Positions 10,808-20,458 of a stretch of DNA of 64,000 nucleotides are shown here, piece by piece. Position 1 is the stretch's first letter. Every line of letters starts with the position of its first letter. This stretch comes from an uncultured Phycisphaerales bacterium (GTDB taxonomy: Bacteria; Planctomycetota; Phycisphaerae; Tepidisphaerales; Tepidisphaeraceae), in assembly GCA_963755915.1 (NCBI GenBank), contig CAVWLP010000002.1, forward strand, positions 2,304,001-2,368,000. The letters are read 5' to 3'. The translations under genes were made by a program, and so were the position numbers. Below the pieces are notes generated by a model that saw only the letters and a list, made by a program, of their open reading frames with translations, ran no database searches and had not been told where the DNA came from.

Positions 10808-11830
10808 GTGCAGCCCTATCCCCGAGCCAACATCAGCGAAGGCGATTCCGTCGCTATCTCCGTCGATCTTTACAACCGGATCGTCTCCGACATCGAGCGC
10901 CTCGATCGCCTGGCGGTCATGCCGCCGCTCTATCTCACCAACGGCGCCAGCGGGACGACGATCGGATTCCAATCAAGCCCCGGCGAGCTCGTCCTGGTGG
11001 CGATCATCGGCGCGGAGACGGGCGGAGGGCGCTATCAAGGCTCGATCCTTTATGGAAACAGCACAGGCAGCACGACCACCAACTTTCAGCTCCAGCCCCA
11101 AGTCAACCAATCGGCGACGGATGGTCCCATACCGATTTCGCAGTCGAACGGATCCCTCGTCAACAATGCGCTGGTTATCAACCTCAATGAGCCATACGTG
11201 AACGACACGCATTTGCTCTGGGGAAACGTCTCAGAAATGTATTACGCCATCGGGCGGGTTATGGGGTTTACGTCTGGAAGCAATCCGCGAACGATCGTTT
11301 ACATTGAGAATTGGCCGCTTTACCCGGTCATTGCAAAGATAACCGGCGTATATGAAGCGAGTTACGGCGGCGTCTACTACGGGCGAATCGTTCAGGGCCA
11401 ATTCGCCAGCGGGAGCAGTTTTGGATATGGATCGCTGCTTAGCAATTTAAATTCCGCATTTTTGCCGAGCGTGGACAACTGCTGGATAACTAACAACTGG
11501 GAACAGACTTACAGTGCAAATCAGCGGAACAGTTTGCCCATAGATTCGTACGTTTGGGGCCTGATGGCCGGTTTTCCGCAGTATTCGGCGATTACCAGCG
11601 GAAATAGCAGTGCAACAAATGTTTGGTTTCAGGTCTATACGTGGTTTCCGCCACAGAGCGCGACCCTGGTTCACCAGGTGCAGAATATCGTCACAACTCA
11701 GAGTGCCGATTCGACTTACAGCATAAATGAACAGACCATGCTCAACAATCTGAAGACCGATGTCACCAATCTGGAGGCGGCACTGAGCAATCTTTACGCG
11801 AATCTGAAAACCGCGGGGTACTCGTTATAG
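10808..11830 (+). CDS. Putative phage fibre/receptor-binding protein
   Basis: 340 aa, Ser/Thr/Asn/Tyr-rich beta body and C-terminal coiled coil 'LNNLKTDVTNLEAALSNLYANLKTAGY' typical of trimeric fibres. Confidence 0.5.
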   Translation: MQPYPRANISEGDSVAISVDLYNRIVSDIERLDRLAVMPPLYLTNGASGTTIGFQSSPGELVLVAIIGAETGGGRYQGSILYGNSTGSTTTNFQLQPQVNQSATDGPIPISQSNGSLVNNALVINLNEPYVNDTHLLWGNVSEMYYAIGRVMGFTSGSNPRTIVYIENWPLYPVIAKITGVYEASYGGVYYGRIVQGQFASGSSFGYGSLLSNLNSAFLPSVDNCWITNNWEQTYSANQRNSLPIDSYVWGLMAGFPQYSAITSGNSSATNVWFQVYTWFPPQSATLVHQVQNIVTTQSADSTYSINEQTMLNNLKTDVTNLEAALSNLYANLKTAGYSL

Positions 11831-11942
11831 GCTGTTACGTGTCAGATTGGAGCTTGACCGTGCTTTGCGAATTGTGGTACTGACTGTTTCGATCGTCCAA
11901 GGATTGACGATTGTTTTACCAAGTTGTTAGGGAGGTAAACAT

Positions 11943-12671
11943 ATGCGTAGTGGATTCAGAAAGGTAGCCCTGTTTGCCGCGTGTGCGGCTATCTCGGGCT
12001 TGGGTGTGTTGCGGGCCTCATCGGCCGCGACGATTGTTATTGATGGTGGAACCTCGGCCGTTGTCGATGGGTGGAACATCACCCCTCAAACGGGCGTGAC
12101 GTTGTTCGTCACACCGAGTTCTTCCAACACTCCTCTTGCCATCGAAAAGGCGGCGTTTTTCACGGCGCCAAACCAGGGACTTTTAATCTCGTTTCAACCG
12201 GAGTCGGACTCAACCGCAGCCAGCGTCATCGACTTTGACTCGGAGACTATCCAAAATAGCTCCGGGACAGGCTGGAGCGGATTCCAGTTCCTGTTGAGCA
12301 GTGGAGCGACGTTTCCGTCCGTGAGCAGCACGTTTGTGCCGCCCAGCGGATTCTTCACCACTGTGAACCTCAACCCCGCGGGCAACACGTTGACGTATGC
12401 CGGCGGATCGCAGGCTTCGGGCACCACGTCGTCTTGGGGCAGCGGGATTGTCGATTATGACAATACCGGCTCCCCGATCGACAGCAGCCCGGATAACCTG
12501 ATCATCGACGCCTCGGGCGGCGGTTTCGATCTCAAGGAAATCGCCTCGCCGGGCGGTGGAAGCGTTGTTCCGCTTCCCAGCGCGGCGTGGCAGAGCATGG
12601 CCGGCCTCGCCGGTCTCGCTTTATTCGGAGTCGCCCGAAAGCTGAGCAAGCGCTCGAGTTCGATCGCCTGA
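11943..12671 (+). CDS. PEP-CTERM (VPLP-type) sorting-signal surface protein
   Basis: Signal peptide, Ser/Thr-rich body, C-terminal VPLPSAAW + TM helix + basic tail RKLSKR; GGGAGGT RBS. Confidence 0.88.
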   Translation: MRSGFRKVALFAACAAISGLGVLRASSAATIVIDGGTSAVVDGWNITPQTGVTLFVTPSSSNTPLAIEKAAFFTAPNQGLLISFQPESDSTAASVIDFDSETIQNSSGTGWSGFQFLLSSGATFPSVSSTFVPPSGFFTTVNLNPAGNTLTYAGGSQASGTTSSWGSGIVDYDNTGSPIDSSPDNLIIDASGGGFDLKEIASPGGGSVVPLPSAAWQSMAGLAGLALFGVARKLSKRSSSIA

Positions 12672-12704
12672 TAATAAAGGCGAATTAAATTGCAAAGCAC
12701 CGGC

Positions 12705-12761
12705 GGCGGGCGCACGATGAGCTGATCCAAATCAGCAAATCGTGCGGCCCGCCCCCTTTTT
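12705..12761 (+). terminator. Rho-independent terminator-like hairpin between convergent genes
   Basis: ggcgggc-gcacgat..gctgat ccaa atcagc..atcgtgc-ggcccgcc stem followed by a T run. Confidence 0.65.
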
Positions 12762-13485
12762 ACTGCTCTTCCTCCTCCACAAGGATCTGCTTAGAAACCG
12801 CCCGGGCTATCCGCACCACTTCGTTGCTGTGTACGCGGCGATCCTCCGGATATTTCCTGCGATTCCAGCATCTGAGGATATAGAAGTCGGGGTCTGACTC
12901 ATCCCGGAACACCCGTTTGAATGTCGTGCTTCCGTCGGCGAACGCCAGGTAATAAGATTTGCCGGGCAAAATTCCTTCCCGCTCGACCGCATCGAAACTG
13001 AACACAACGATTTCGCCGTTTTTCCACTTGGGATGCTGGCAGTCTCCATCCACCGGCGCGGCAAAGGCGCGGCGATCGGAAGAGGCCGCCAGGCGATTCG
13101 CGTCAGGATATTCGGAAAACTTGTCGACGCGTTTATTCGCGGCCACGCCAATGTGAAATTCGGGCAGAATCCGCGCGGGCCGAACCCGGCGAAGGTCAAG
13201 TCCGAAGGGAAACGCGGCCGGCCGCGAAACAGTTTCGACTTCGCTGATTGGGGAATTTTGGGAAACGCAAAAGCGCTCTTTGAACTCCTCCAGGTTCAAT
13301 CCCAGCGCGGAAGCGAGCTTGGGCAGACGCTTGGCCAAAATGCCGGCGACTTCGTGGCGCTCTATTCGGCTGATGGTTTCGTCTGACACTCCGCCAATTG
13401 CTTCGCCAAGCTGTTTCTGGGTTATGGCGAGCTGGTCCCTGGCGACAGCCAGGCGTTTCCCGAAGATGTGAGCCACTCTTGCCAC
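12760..13485 (-). CDS. CI/LexA-like repressor: XRE HTH + S24 peptidase-like domain
   Basis: N-terminal 'ITQKQLGEAIGGVSDETISRIE' HTH; C-terminal VDGDCQHP and TTFKRV; AGGAGG RBS. Confidence 0.88.
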   Translation of the reverse strand: MARVAHIFGKRLAVARDQLAITQKQLGEAIGGVSDETISRIERHEVAGILAKRLPKLASALGLNLEEFKERFCVSQNSPISEVETVSRPAAFPFGLDLRRVRPARILPEFHIGVAANKRVDKFSEYPDANRLAASSDRRAFAAPVDGDCQHPKWKNGEIVVFSFDAVEREGILPGKSYYLAFADGSTTFKRVFRDESDPDFYILRCWNRRKYPEDRRVHSNEVVRIARAVSKQILVEEEEQ

Positions 13486-13542
13486 CCGGACCTCCTTATA
13501 TCCGAACCAAACCGGACACCAAACATTTTACGAACTTTTCGC

Positions 13543-13570
13543 TTGCGTACTCCAAAGTTTGGAGTATAAT
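13543..13570 (+). promoter_or_regulatory. Sigma70-type promoter with overlapping perfect operator palindrome
   Basis: TTGCGT (13543-48), 16 bp, TATAAT (13565-70); palindrome TACTCCAAA-G-TTTGGAGTA at 13548-13566; divergent from the repressor. Confidence 0.8.
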
Positions 13571-13594
13571 TGGAAGAAAGTCAAGGCGAATTAG

Positions 13595-13981
13595 GTGGAA
13601 AACGGAATTTCAATTCGACGCGTGGCATTGGGCGGCTTGGCCCTGGCGTCGCCGCCGGGCCTCCCTCCGGGAGTGAGGCAGAGCGACTGCGACGGGCCCG
13701 CGGACGCTCTCGACAGCCTCAGCGGCGCACAGCTTTGGAACCGGTGCAATTTCGCCCAGCAGGAGGCAATTTGCTCGCGGTTTGTCAGCGAGCGCAGCGA
13801 CGTGCTCCGCGACGCCCTGCTGGACGATCGGATTTCGCTTGCAGCGGGCGGCGCCGGACGGCTGGGAGCGGCGGTCTGGCCCCAATGGATTGTCTTTCGC
13901 GACGACCGCCTGCGCGAAATGGTTTGCCGCGGCGAATTCGGTCGTGCGGGTGAATCCCGAATTCGGTCTACAGGAGAATAG
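13595..13981 (+). CDS. Hypothetical protein (first gene of the putative repressed operon)
   Basis: 128-aa ORF starting 24 bp after the -10 box and ending 2 bp before the next ATG. Confidence 0.5.
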   Translation: MENGISIRRVALGGLALASPPGLPPGVRQSDCDGPADALDSLSGAQLWNRCNFAQQEAICSRFVSERSDVLRDALLDDRISLAAGGAGRLGAAVWPQWIVFRDDRLREMVCRGEFGRAGESRIRSTGE

Positions 13982-13983
13982 AA

Positions 13984-14430
13984 ATGCCAAAAGTGATTGT
14001 AAATAATCCAAATATAGTTTTAGAATCTTCATCGGGAGAAACCGGGTTTGCCGGGGCGGCGCTCCGGTCGGCAGCGATCGACGAAGGCGATATGGCGGCG
14101 GTTCGTCTGCTGCGGCAATTCAGGCAGGAAATCGAGGAACTCGCCTGTAGCGCGACCTGGGCGGACGACTGTCTTTTCCGCGGCGCCCGCTACGCGCCGG
14201 ATTTCCGATGTGCCTGCGCGAACTGCCGCAAATTTTTCCCCACCCGGCTGCATCCCAGGCCGTTCCGGGAATCGAAATACTCGACCGATTGCCAGGTTGA
14301 GACCGACGAAGACCCGGAATTCGCCGAGGAATTTGCCCGGCTGCGCAACGATCGCCCGCGGTTTGGCAGCGTTTTCGCCCGCCACCCGCGCATCTCAATG
14401 GAAAAGAACCAGATTCACGCGGGAGATTGA
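13984..14430 (+). CDS. Hypothetical protein with Cys cluster (CACANC)
   Basis: AGGAG RBS; 148 aa; same frame as the downstream HTH ORF. Confidence 0.55.
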   Translation: MPKVIVNNPNIVLESSSGETGFAGAALRSAAIDEGDMAAVRLLRQFRQEIEELACSATWADDCLFRGARYAPDFRCACANCRKFFPTRLHPRPFRESKYSTDCQVETDEDPEFAEEFARLRNDRPRFGSVFARHPRISMEKNQIHAGD

Positions 14431-14463
14431 CGACGCGGGAGGAAGATTATATCGATCCTTTCG

Positions 14464-14719
14464 GTGACGGAAAAGCAGCATGAGGTTCTGTGGCTGCGGT
14501 ACAACCAGCGCAAATCGACCCGTGAGATCGCCGTCCAACTCGGCATTCAACGCCGCGCTGTGATGGCCCGGCTTCGCCGTGCGCAAGCGGCTGACGACAA
14601 TGCAAAGCGATTGCAGCCGCACGGAAAAACCTTCCGCTCAGCCGGAAAAACCGCGGATGGTCAGCGCCTCGCAGACCCTAGTAAAAGGCCAGAGCGGTTG
14701 GAGCATGGAGGATCTTTGA
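14464..14719 (+). CDS. Sigma-70 region 4-like HTH protein
   Basis: 'TEKQHEVLWLRYNQRKSTREIAVQLGIQRRAVMARLRRA'. Likely true stop at 14719 after an A-run frameshift; the ORF track instead runs to 14859, into the convergent gene. Confidence 0.65.
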
Positions 14720-14723
14720 ATGT

Positions 14724-16564
14724 TTACGACCCGCCGAGTCCCGGCGGCGGGCCGCCAGGCGTGAAGCCACCGGGCGGATACCCTCCGGGCGGTCCCGCGG
14801 GCCCGCCGCCGGGCGTCTGCGGACTCGGAGTGGCGCCAGATTGCTGCGTCATCCACTGATTGCTCTGCTTGTATTCGGGACTGTCGGCGTCCTTTGCCAG
14901 CACCACGGTTCCCTGCTGGTCGACCAGGTAAATGTGGGTCTTGTTGTTGCGGTCGAGCTGCCGATCCACAAACGTGTAACCTGTCGAGTAATCGACACCC
15001 CCGTCAGCGCCGCCGATCGGGTCGCCAACATCGACGTTGAACGTCTCTTTCTGCCACTTTCCGGCAGACCAGGTAAAGACATCGAAGGGATAGGTCGTTC
15101 CATGTCCCTGTGGCGTGCCGCAATAACAGTAGGTCTGCGCGGGCACTTGGATTTCCGGTGAATAGTCGCTCATTGGCGAATCAAGATCGAACTGATTGAT
15201 CCAGGCGGCATGATTAGCGGCTACGCGTTGCGGCGGTTTGTTGTAAACTGGATTGTACGCCTTATAGGAGATGCGATAGCGATAGGTTCGCCCCGGCTGT
15301 GCGCTGGTATCAATGATGTATATGAAGAGGTCCGGGGATTTTTCCGGCATGCCGATGAGGTTGTTCTGCTTCAAGGCGGAAATCGGCGTCGGAGTGATCA
15401 CCACGTTTGGATTGATATAGACCACCTTGGGATCGACGGTCCCCTCGGCGGGGGGGATCGCAGTCGCTTGCGGTTGAGGCTGCGGCTGCGGCTGTTCCTG
15501 CGGCTGCGGTACCGGCCGCCGGAATCCTCCGCCTGGAGGTCCCCCAAACCCACCCGGGCCCCCCCCCCGCCCGGCGGGCCGCCAAATTGGGCATAAAGCG
15601 TTCCGGATAGATCCGAGGCGTTCGCCGTGCGCCAGCGTTCTTTGCCGTTTCCGTTGGTCGCCCCGCTCTGATCCGGCGCGGCGCCGCCTGGCTGGTTTGA
15701 CGTGCCGGGGAGATATTGCAGCGGGTCTTTCCAGGTCGCGCCGGCGATGACCGTCGGAATCGTCGGAGCCACAACCGTATTCGGATCTTTGTTCAGCGCC
15801 AGCATATAGTCGCTGGCTTGCTGGCGGTTTCCGGGCGCGGGATAGGGGGGCAGGTCGGAGCCGTTAATCAGGTGCATCGCATCGCTGTCCTGCACCCAGT
15901 TGTCGCCAATTTTCTGCCAGCGTTCCGCGGTAACCGCCACGACCTGGAACTCCGCCGGCGAAAGCCGCGGCTGCTGGCCGGGCTTGGGGGGACCGAATGC
16001 CTGATTCCACTGGTCATACAATTGCGCCCACGGAATCGTGAATCCAACTACCACAAGCCGAACATCTTTGCCCCCGGCTGCCGCCGCGGGTTGTGCGTTG
16101 TTAGCTCCAGGAGTCGCCAACGTGTCCAGGCCAGCGGCGGTGAGAATGGGCTGCGGCGCCGGCGGCTTTGGCAACTGCTGGACTGGAATTCCCAGCGCAT
16201 GACCCTGCATGGCCGATGTATTGACGTCAAACGGAGAGAAATCGAAATCCCCGCCGGCCAGTTCCTGCGGATTTTCGGGCTCGAGACGGATCCATTTGTC
16301 GAGGTTCTGCCCAAAATCCTTAACGGAAAAGGAAGGAACATCGCCGGGCTGGGTTATTTGGCGAAGATGCTCCGCCGCGTGCGTGTCGATGAAATTATCG
16401 ACGTTGGCCGGGGTCACCTCTGTCCCGCCGAGTTCGCGCGAGACGGGGCTGTTGACTAGGTAGGTCCAGACCGTCCAGCCGAGGTAGCCGACGGCTATCA
16501 GAAGCGCAATCCATTCGACGTTCGCTTCAAGAAACCGCGTGATTTTTCGCATGAAACCGTTCAT
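14724..16564 (-). CDS. Membrane-anchored protein of the pilMNO-like operon (frameshift in C-run near 15560)
   Basis: N-terminal TM helix (ORF 15398-16564) joins ORF 14724-15425, which has an FnIII-like 'DTSAQPGRTYRYRI' motif. Confidence 0.65.
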
Positions 16565-16602
16565 GGGACACCACTAATAAATATTCGATGACCACCGGCT
16601 CC

Positions 16603-17991
16603 TCACGGGCCACCGGGAGGACCGCCCGGTGGACCAAATCCCGGTGGACCGCCAAACTGCGGACCACCCGGAAATCCACCCTGGCCGTTGTCCGTTGGCG
16701 AACCCAATGCCGCTTTGCCCAGCCCGTTCTTCCGCGAGGCGGGAAGAATATTGTCCGTCCACTTGTGCATCAGAAGCTCTTCGCAATCGACGCTAAGCCG
16801 AACGCACGGCTTTTGGCCAAAGCGGAATCCGCCTTGCGGGTTCATGGCGGCGCGGGCCGGGTCAACCACTTCAACCACCTGCACGTTCAGTACCGTAATG
16901 AACTGCCCGGCTTCAAGCGCCCGCAGAACTTGCGGAATCTTCGCGGCATCGACCACCAGGTGCACTTTAAACTCTAAAACGTCATAGAGTCCGTTGCAGA
17001 CCCTGCCAGTGGAAGAAACGGTCGTTATCTTGGGAATGGCGCTGGTTACACCGGCTGTCGGATCGACGGCAGTCAAAGAGTTCACCGGCTGGGGCGGATC
17101 GACGCCTTCAAGCTGTTTCACCGCCGCGTGAAGAATGTCGTGCTGGGGCGGCCCACCGGGCGCAGCCGGATCGGAATAGGCGTCGTTGGCGGCGCGAATC
17201 GCTTTGCAGACATCGTCGAGCACCCACACCACAAGCTGCGCGTCGCAAATCCTGTCAGGCGTGGGTTCGTTGCCGACTTTTATGGTGGCGTCGACCGGCA
17301 GCGAATTAGCCGTCGGGGGCGCCAGAAGATAAACCTGATACTGCTGGGCAGCCTCAAGCTCCATGCGCGGCTGAACCAGTGCGGATTCATAAGCAAACTG
17401 CGAGTCGGCGTCCGCCTGGGACGCAGCATCGACATTGCCGCTGGCGTCGTAAGTCAGACGCTCCTTGTTGATTTCCTCGTGGAGGGCGTCCTTAGCGGCT
17501 TGGACTTGGGCCGGGGTGGGGGGAGCAGTGGAATCCAGAATCTGTTGCCAGCGATGATAGCCGTCGATCTGCTGCGAATAGACGGTCGCAAATTCAAATC
17601 GCTCCTGCTCGGAGGGCGTGGGCAGCGAGTCCGGCACCAGAAGCTCGTGTGTGTTGGTGTTGGTCGCCAGCGTCAGCATATTCTGGGCTTGCGATTGGAG
17701 TTGGGTGGCGGCGGCGTTGGCGGCCTGGGTCACGGGGTCGGTGGGAAAAACGGTCAGCGGGTCGGCGCTCAATTTATCGGGATCGAGCAGCGGCATCTGG
17801 CGCGACTGGTTGGCGAGGGAATCGAGGCTGCTGCTCACCTGAACCCGGGTGTCGAGCCGGGTGGAAAGGTCGGTGTAAAGGCCGCTGATCGGCCAGTAGA
17901 TCGCGACGACCGACAGGATGGCGATCACCGCGAAGATGATGCTGAAGAGGTTCTTCTTCAGTACGTCCAGAAATCCAGTGGGCATCTTCAT
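16603..17991 (-). CDS. PilO-like type IV pilus assembly protein
   Basis: N-terminal TM, coiled coil, C-terminal 'TGRVCNGLYDVLEFKVHLVVDAAKIPQVL'; downstream of pilM. Confidence 0.55.
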   Translation of the reverse strand: MKMPTGFLDVLKKNLFSIIFAVIAILSVVAIYWPISGLYTDLSTRLDTRVQVSSSLDSLANQSRQMPLLDPDKLSADPLTVFPTDPVTQAANAAATQLQSQAQNMLTLATNTNTHELLVPDSLPTPSEQERFEFATVYSQQIDGYHRWQQILDSTAPPTPAQVQAAKDALHEEINKERLTYDASGNVDAASQADADSQFAYESALVQPRMELEAAQQYQVYLLAPPTANSLPVDATIKVGNEPTPDRICDAQLVVWVLDDVCKAIRAANDAYSDPAAPGGPPQHDILHAAVKQLEGVDPPQPVNSLTAVDPTAGVTSAIPKITTVSSTGRVCNGLYDVLEFKVHLVVDAAKIPQVLRALEAGQFITVLNVQVVEVVDPARAAMNPQGGFRFGQKPCVRLSVDCEELLMHKWTDNILPASRKNGLGKAALGSPTDNGQGGFPGGPQFGGPPGFGPPGGPPGGP

Positions 17992-18015
17992 GTGAACACC
18001 AATCGATAAAAACCG

Positions 18016-20168
18016 TTACGAAGGACTCGGCGCAGCTCCGGGCGCCGCCGGCGCCGCCGGTGGAGGATCGATCACAACCACCAGTTCAACCTTCATTTCC
18101 CAGTCGGCGCTGCGATCTTCGTTGGTCATGCGATCAATCAACACATTCTGATCAACACTGCTCCCGGGGGCATTTGTGGGAGGCTGATTGAACTGCCCAA
18201 ATCCCGGCGGGTGTCCATATCCAAATCCCGGCGGCCCGCCGGGCGGCATGAAGCCGGGACGGAAGCCTGGTGGATATGCCGGCGCTGCCGGCGCGGCGCC
18301 GCGCCACTCTGATCCGTCGAGTTCGCCCCAGTGAGCGATTGCGCCGCCTGAAACGACGCCTGCAAATCCGACACCCGCTGCGAATCGGCGCTGATCTGCG
18401 TCTGCTGAAGCGGGCCGGACACTTTTGCAATGTAAAAGTTCCTTGGATTGTCCGGATGATCGGCGTTCCACTTGTCCAGGGCCGCTCGATCGAAACTGCG
18501 GAGATTGGGGATCAGCGAATTCAGTGCAAGCAAAAATCCCTGAGCGTGCGGCGTGGTCACGCTGAGCGTAATAATAAAACCGCGCGAACCTTGGGGAATA
18601 GCTGGATCAGTGATCGTCGGCGTCTGGCCCCCCGGCGCTGCGCTGGGGGGAGCGAGGCCAAAGTCGGCTATGTAGGTACCGCCCTGAAGCGTGGTCAGAA
18701 GATCCGGCGCATAAACAGAATCGACCTTATTGATGAAGATCAGGTTTCGGTCCACCCGGGGAGTGGATTTGAGATACGCATCGCTGGGATAACCAGCCGG
18801 TACTGGAGGCAATGCGCCGAAAATTTCCTGGATGAGATCGACCCAGATGGTTCGATAATCCACCATCGATCGAACATTCTGGATTGTCATTCGATCGGCA
18901 GCGCCGTTGTTTTCGACGTTCGACCAGTTCGTGCTGTCGGTATTGGCGATGTTCTGGATCTGGGAAATGCGATCGCGTGCATCGGCGGCGTTCTTATAGC
19001 CCAGATCCTGCATGTAATAGCCGGCCAGAGGCATCCCCGTTCCCAGGACGAAAACCGCCGCGGCGGCGCCAAACCACTTGGTCTTGTCCCGCCACATCTT
19101 CTCGCGGCGGATTTTCATAGGCAGCAGACTGCTGGTGATCTTGCTCTCCCCCATCGCCTGAATCGCCAGGCCGTAGGCGCTGACCAGGGAAAGGAGGTTC
19201 TGGTTGAATGTTGCCGCCAGCTTGGCATCCGCCGGCGCGCCGCCTGCCAGCTCGTTCAGCTTTTCCACCTCGAGCTGCAAGTTCTGCTGGAGATATTTTT
19301 GGAGTCCCGCCAGGCGGAAAGTCCCGCCCAGCGCCAGCACCTTCTTGATTCGCGAATCGCGGTGCACCGAGGAATAGAACCCGATGCTGCGCTGAATTTC
19401 CGCCACCAGGTCGGCGAAAACCGGCCGCATCGCCTGGAAAATCTGCCGGGCGTATTTGCTGGTGTTGGCGTTGCGCTTCAGGTCCTCCGCCTTGGCAAAG
19501 GGCAGCTTGAAGCTCTTCACCAGAACTTCGGTGAAATTATTTCCGCCGATCGGAATCGACCTGAGCCAGATGGTTTCCCCGTCGGCGATGATCAGATCGG
19601 TGTTCTCCGCTCCCAGGTCGATGATCATCGTCGTCCCCTGCAGGCGGTTGTCGTGATACATCGCGTTGTAAACCGCCAGCGGGTTCATCTGCACGACCTG
19701 CACGTTCAGGTCCACGTCGGTGAAGTGCTTGATGTGGGCGTTGATCAGGTCCCGGCGCATCGCGAAGATGCCGACCTCAACATCCGGCGATTCGGGCGTC
19801 TGGAAAAGCTGGTAGCTCCATTCCACGTCATCCAGCGGGAAGGGAATCTGCTGGATGGCTTCGAACCGCACGATCTCGGGAATTTTCTTTGGCTCGACCG
19901 GCGGAAGCTTGATGAACCGCGCGAAGCTGGAGACGCCGCTGACGCTGACGGAGGCGATTCCGCCCTTGGTGACGTGCCTCTGGACGAAATTCGCCAGGGC
20001 AGATTGGATCAGCGCTTCTTTGTTGTCGCCGGCGTTGGAAAGGACGTTTTCGTGCTCGATGATCTCGAAGTCGTCGATGCGAAGCCCACCATCGCCACGG
20101 ACGAGCTTGATTGCCTTCAGGGCGCGATTGCCGATGTCGATTCCCCAGGCGAAACGAGCGCTGGCCAT
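18016..20168 (-). CDS. pilM: Type IV pilus assembly protein PilM with fused PilN-like C-terminal region (frameshift near 18300)
   Basis: WGIDIG actin-like motif, FEAIQQIPFPL, IIDLGA, IPIGGNNFT, EIQRSIGFY; then 'SSLLP' + TM + periplasmic region. Confidence 0.9.
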
Positions 20169-20458
20169 AGAAGCTCCTCTGGGCTGACTTCCTTAATAAC
20201 AATCGGTTGCGGAAAAGCGGCAAGTCGCTTGCTGAACTCCGCCGCGAGGCCAAAACCTTCTGTCGCGCCCCTCAGCGAACTCGCTGCTGAGGGGTAGAAC
20301 CGTAGGTGTAACCGCTTTGCTGGTAGAGTTCAACAGTCGCAAGCATCACCAACAAATCGCACACATTTATTAGACGTTCGAAGGGTTGTAAAAGTTCCCC
20401 AAATTGACCGTCGCACCCCTTAAAACTCACATTTGCCGCTATACTCCGCACCCGGCAA

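Noticed and set aside
6168-11830. Contractile injection system/tailocin
   Set aside because: No sheath or baseplate genes, and capsid/packaging genes are present.
14428-14470. Selenocysteine recoding of the in-frame TGA
   Set aside because: No convincing SECIS-like hairpin and no redox-motif context.
15540-15570. Phase-variable poly-C tract in the pil operon
   Set aside because: Cannot be distinguished from homopolymer sequencing error given the window-wide indel rate.
18270-20297. 675-aa + strand ORF and other long antisense ORFs (e.g. 59392-60753, 44675-45796)
   Set aside because: Shadow frames of real high-GC genes; no recognisable motifs.
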